Assembly (NCBI GenBank): GCA_025449555.1
Contig: JANWJD010000057.1
Location: 1 to 59,757 of the forward strand
Direction: 5' to 3'
DNA length: 59,757 nt
Source of the DNA: Chloroflexota bacterium
GTDB lineage: Bacteria; Chloroflexota; UBA5177
In this document: positions 55,859-59,757 of the stretch, piece by piece
Numbering within the stretch: position 1 is the first letter of the stretch
Layout of the letters: each line of letters opens with the position of its first letter
Position numbers and translations under genes: made by a program
The notes under the pieces: model-generated
What the model saw: the letters and a program-made list of their open reading frames with translations, nothing else
Told to the model about the DNA's origin: nothing
The model's database searches: none

Positions 55859-56317
55859 ATGTCAACCCCCGAATTTGGCCATCCCACAAATACGATGCTC
55901 ATTGGTGCGCTGCTCCGGTATCCGGCGCGGGCGGTCCAGCGCCGCCTCATCCAGGGACTCAACCACGCCGGCTTCGACGACCTGCGTTTTCCCCATATGG
56001 CGGTCCTGCAATATCCCGGTCCTGATGGCGTGCGCCCCACCGTCCTGGCGGAGCGGGCGGGTATGAGCAAGCAGGCGATGAACCAGCTGCTCATGAGCTT
56101 GGAGCGTCTCGGGTATATCACACGGGAGAACGCGCCGGGAGGGGGGCGAGCGCGCATCGTGCGGCTCACCCAGCGTGGTCACGCCGTCGGGGAACGGATG
56201 GTGGAACTGCTGGTTGAGGTGGAGGATGAGTGGCGCGAGGTATTGGGGGAGCAGCGATTCGCTGCGCTGAAGGAGATCCTGCTGGACGTGTGGGAGTCCC
56301 CGCTCGTGCGCTTATAA
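55859..56317 (+). CDS. MarR-family transcriptional regulator
   Basis: LAERAGMSKQAMNQLL.SLE..GYI.R...GG.RARIV.LT.RG winged HTH. Confidence 0.9.
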   Translation: MSTPEFGHPTNTMLIGALLRYPARAVQRRLIQGLNHAGFDDLRFPHMAVLQYPGPDGVRPTVLAERAGMSKQAMNQLLMSLERLGYITRENAPGGGRARIVRLTQRGHAVGERMVELLVEVEDEWREVLGEQRFAALKEILLDVWESPLVRL

Positions 56318-56464
56318 TGCCGGTCCAACCGGGAGACGGTGGCAGTCTGGAGCCAAATGCAGGGGACCGCCCGCATCGTGCTGCCCTTCGGTGATCACCA
56401 AGACAGACTGATGGACGTAGGCTGGAGGCAGGTATTCGCCGTCTCGCCTCTCCCAGAGTTCGCC

Positions 56465-57759
56465 ATGGCCGCTCATTAGGACGATCCCTTGCGTCCCCTT
56501 ACGTCCGATGAACGCCGGTATCTGGAGCGCGTCAGCTGCTCCCGTACTGACCCCGCTGCCCAGGTCGCGCGAGCCAAGGAACTCGTGGCGGTCGCGGATG
56601 GCGCAAGCTTCGAGGGAGCGGCACGCCTCGCTGGCCGCAAGAGCGGAGATGCTGTCGCCCACTTGGTCGCACGGTTCAACCGGGACGGGATTGACGTGCT
56701 GGTCGAGCGGCATGGTGGTGGCCAGCCCAAGCGCTACACGCACCGCGAACAGGAGCGGATTCTGTGCGAGGTGCGCCTCGAGCCGGATCGGGAGACGGAT
56801 AGGACGGCCAGTTGGTCGCTGTCGACGCTGCAGGCTGCGCTGCGTCGCGCTCTGGACGGCTTGCCGGGGGTCAGCACGTACACCATTTGGTGCGTCCTGC
56901 ATGATGCCGGGTTCACCTGTGACCGGGATAGCAGCTGGTGTGAGACCGGGACCGTGGTGCGCAAACGGAAGAGCCGCACCGTCACGGTCATCGACCCCGA
57001 TGCCACAGCGAAATAAACCCAATCGAGGCGGTGTATGCCCAGTCCCTCCTACCGATCTGGACGGAAGACGAGGCGGGGCCGTATCAGACCCTTCCCTATC
57101 ATGGGTCGCACTGGAATCCCGCTGGCCATCCCATCCGCTATCCCCACGAGTATGTGCGCAACGGGACCGCCAAACAGCTGACGCTCTTCCATCCCGCCAG
57201 TGGTGCGGTGCGCGTCAAAGGGGTGCGGAATGCTCAGAATGTGATTCTCCATCCCTGGCTGCAGGAGGAACTGACCGCCATTCTTGCGACTCTTCCCGAA
57301 CCGGAGCTGCTCCCAGCAGAGGAGAATCGCCGCTGCTGGACGCGGTGGCAGGAGGGGTTAACCGTCCGCATCACGTTGCCCCAGGAACTGCCTCCCTTGC
57401 GGATGCTGCTCGTCTGGGACAACCTGACCGGGCATCACACGCCTGCCTTCATCCTCTGGCTCTTCGCCCACGGGATCATGCCCCTCTTTACTCCGCTGAG
57501 CGGATCCTGGCTCAATATGTGCGAATCAGTCCAGCGCATCCTGAAGCACCGGGCATTGGATGGGGCACATCCCAAGACGCCTGAGCAGATCATCGCCTGG
57601 CTGGAGGCAACGGCGCGGGGGTGGAACCGGGAGCCGACGCCGTTTGTCTGGGGAGGACAGCGGCACACTCATTCTCAGCGAGCACGCGAGCGACGCCATG
57701 CCCTTGGCGGGTCAGGCGGCTACACGCGGCAGCCGCTCCGGCGACGACGGGGAGCGTGA
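56465..57759 (+). pseudogene. IS630-family transposase, two-frame (-1 frameshift) type, inactivated
   Basis: HTH ORF A and DDE ORF B (EDEAG, WDNL, LNMCE) in the -1 frame; in-frame TAG at codon 5 (56477-56479); TAA inside the A-run at the frame junction (57014-57016). Confidence 0.85.
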
Positions 57760-57760
57760 C

Positions 57761-57790
57761 CGAATGGCTATGCCCAAGACAACTGGTCCA

Positions 57791-57794
<4 letters not shown>
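57761..57794 (+). repeat. IS630 right terminal sequence
   Basis: CGAATGGCTATGCCCAAGACAACTGGTCCACTAG, immediately after the transposase. Confidence 0.7.
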
Positions 57795-59680
<1,886 letters not shown>

Positions 59681-59757
59681 TCCATGAGACTCCGTCGCAG
59701 CACCTGCGCCATCCCTGGTGGCTGTTCCGGCGCGCCAAGAGGGGTCAGGGGTGCGCG

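Noticed and set aside
56408-56416. CTGATGGAC as a degenerate left end of the IS630 copy
   Set aside because: Only 7 of 9 bases match the terminal CTAGTGGAC, with no extended similarity.

Overview
A 59.8-kb, GC-rich bacterial chromosomal segment. Gene content and sequence style suggest a monoderm Chloroflexota-like organism (inference: short SecG, secA-prfB linkage, alpha2-type GlyRS, ThyX, TIGR03663 paralogues, SCO1664/DUF3090 pair, PPOX-class F420 enzyme). The first ~54 kb are mostly housekeeping: partial smc, secG, prfB with its programmed +1 frameshift, secA, miaA, ispE, coaX, thyX, thiL, gdhA, glyQS, ppdK, ubiE/menG, ilvE, tRNA-Val(TAC), pgk, dtd, a heterodimeric ABC exporter and an acyl-CoA ligase. 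Many poorly characterised envelope genes are interspersed. From 54184 the window becomes accessory. The strongest unexplained structure is a 3.6-kb unit (54184-57794) bounded by two inverted IS630-family 3' ends, each ending in CTAG. It carries a MarR-cupin-cupin cassette and a multiply inactivated transposase, and each CTAG coincides with the stop codon of a converging flanking gene. Other notable items: two tandem GT-C/TIGR03663 membrane proteins (one with an NHL propeller and a probable CTG start); a GH5-like protein lacking both catalytic glutamates; an RNase D-like nuclease with HEAT repeats; an ECF sigma/ZAS anti-sigma pair linked to an orphan peptide-binding protein; and a secreted, tail-fibre-like beta-repeat protein. 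No CRISPR array, rRNA, integrase or recognisable riboswitch was seen. All family calls come from motif recognition by eye, not from database searches.
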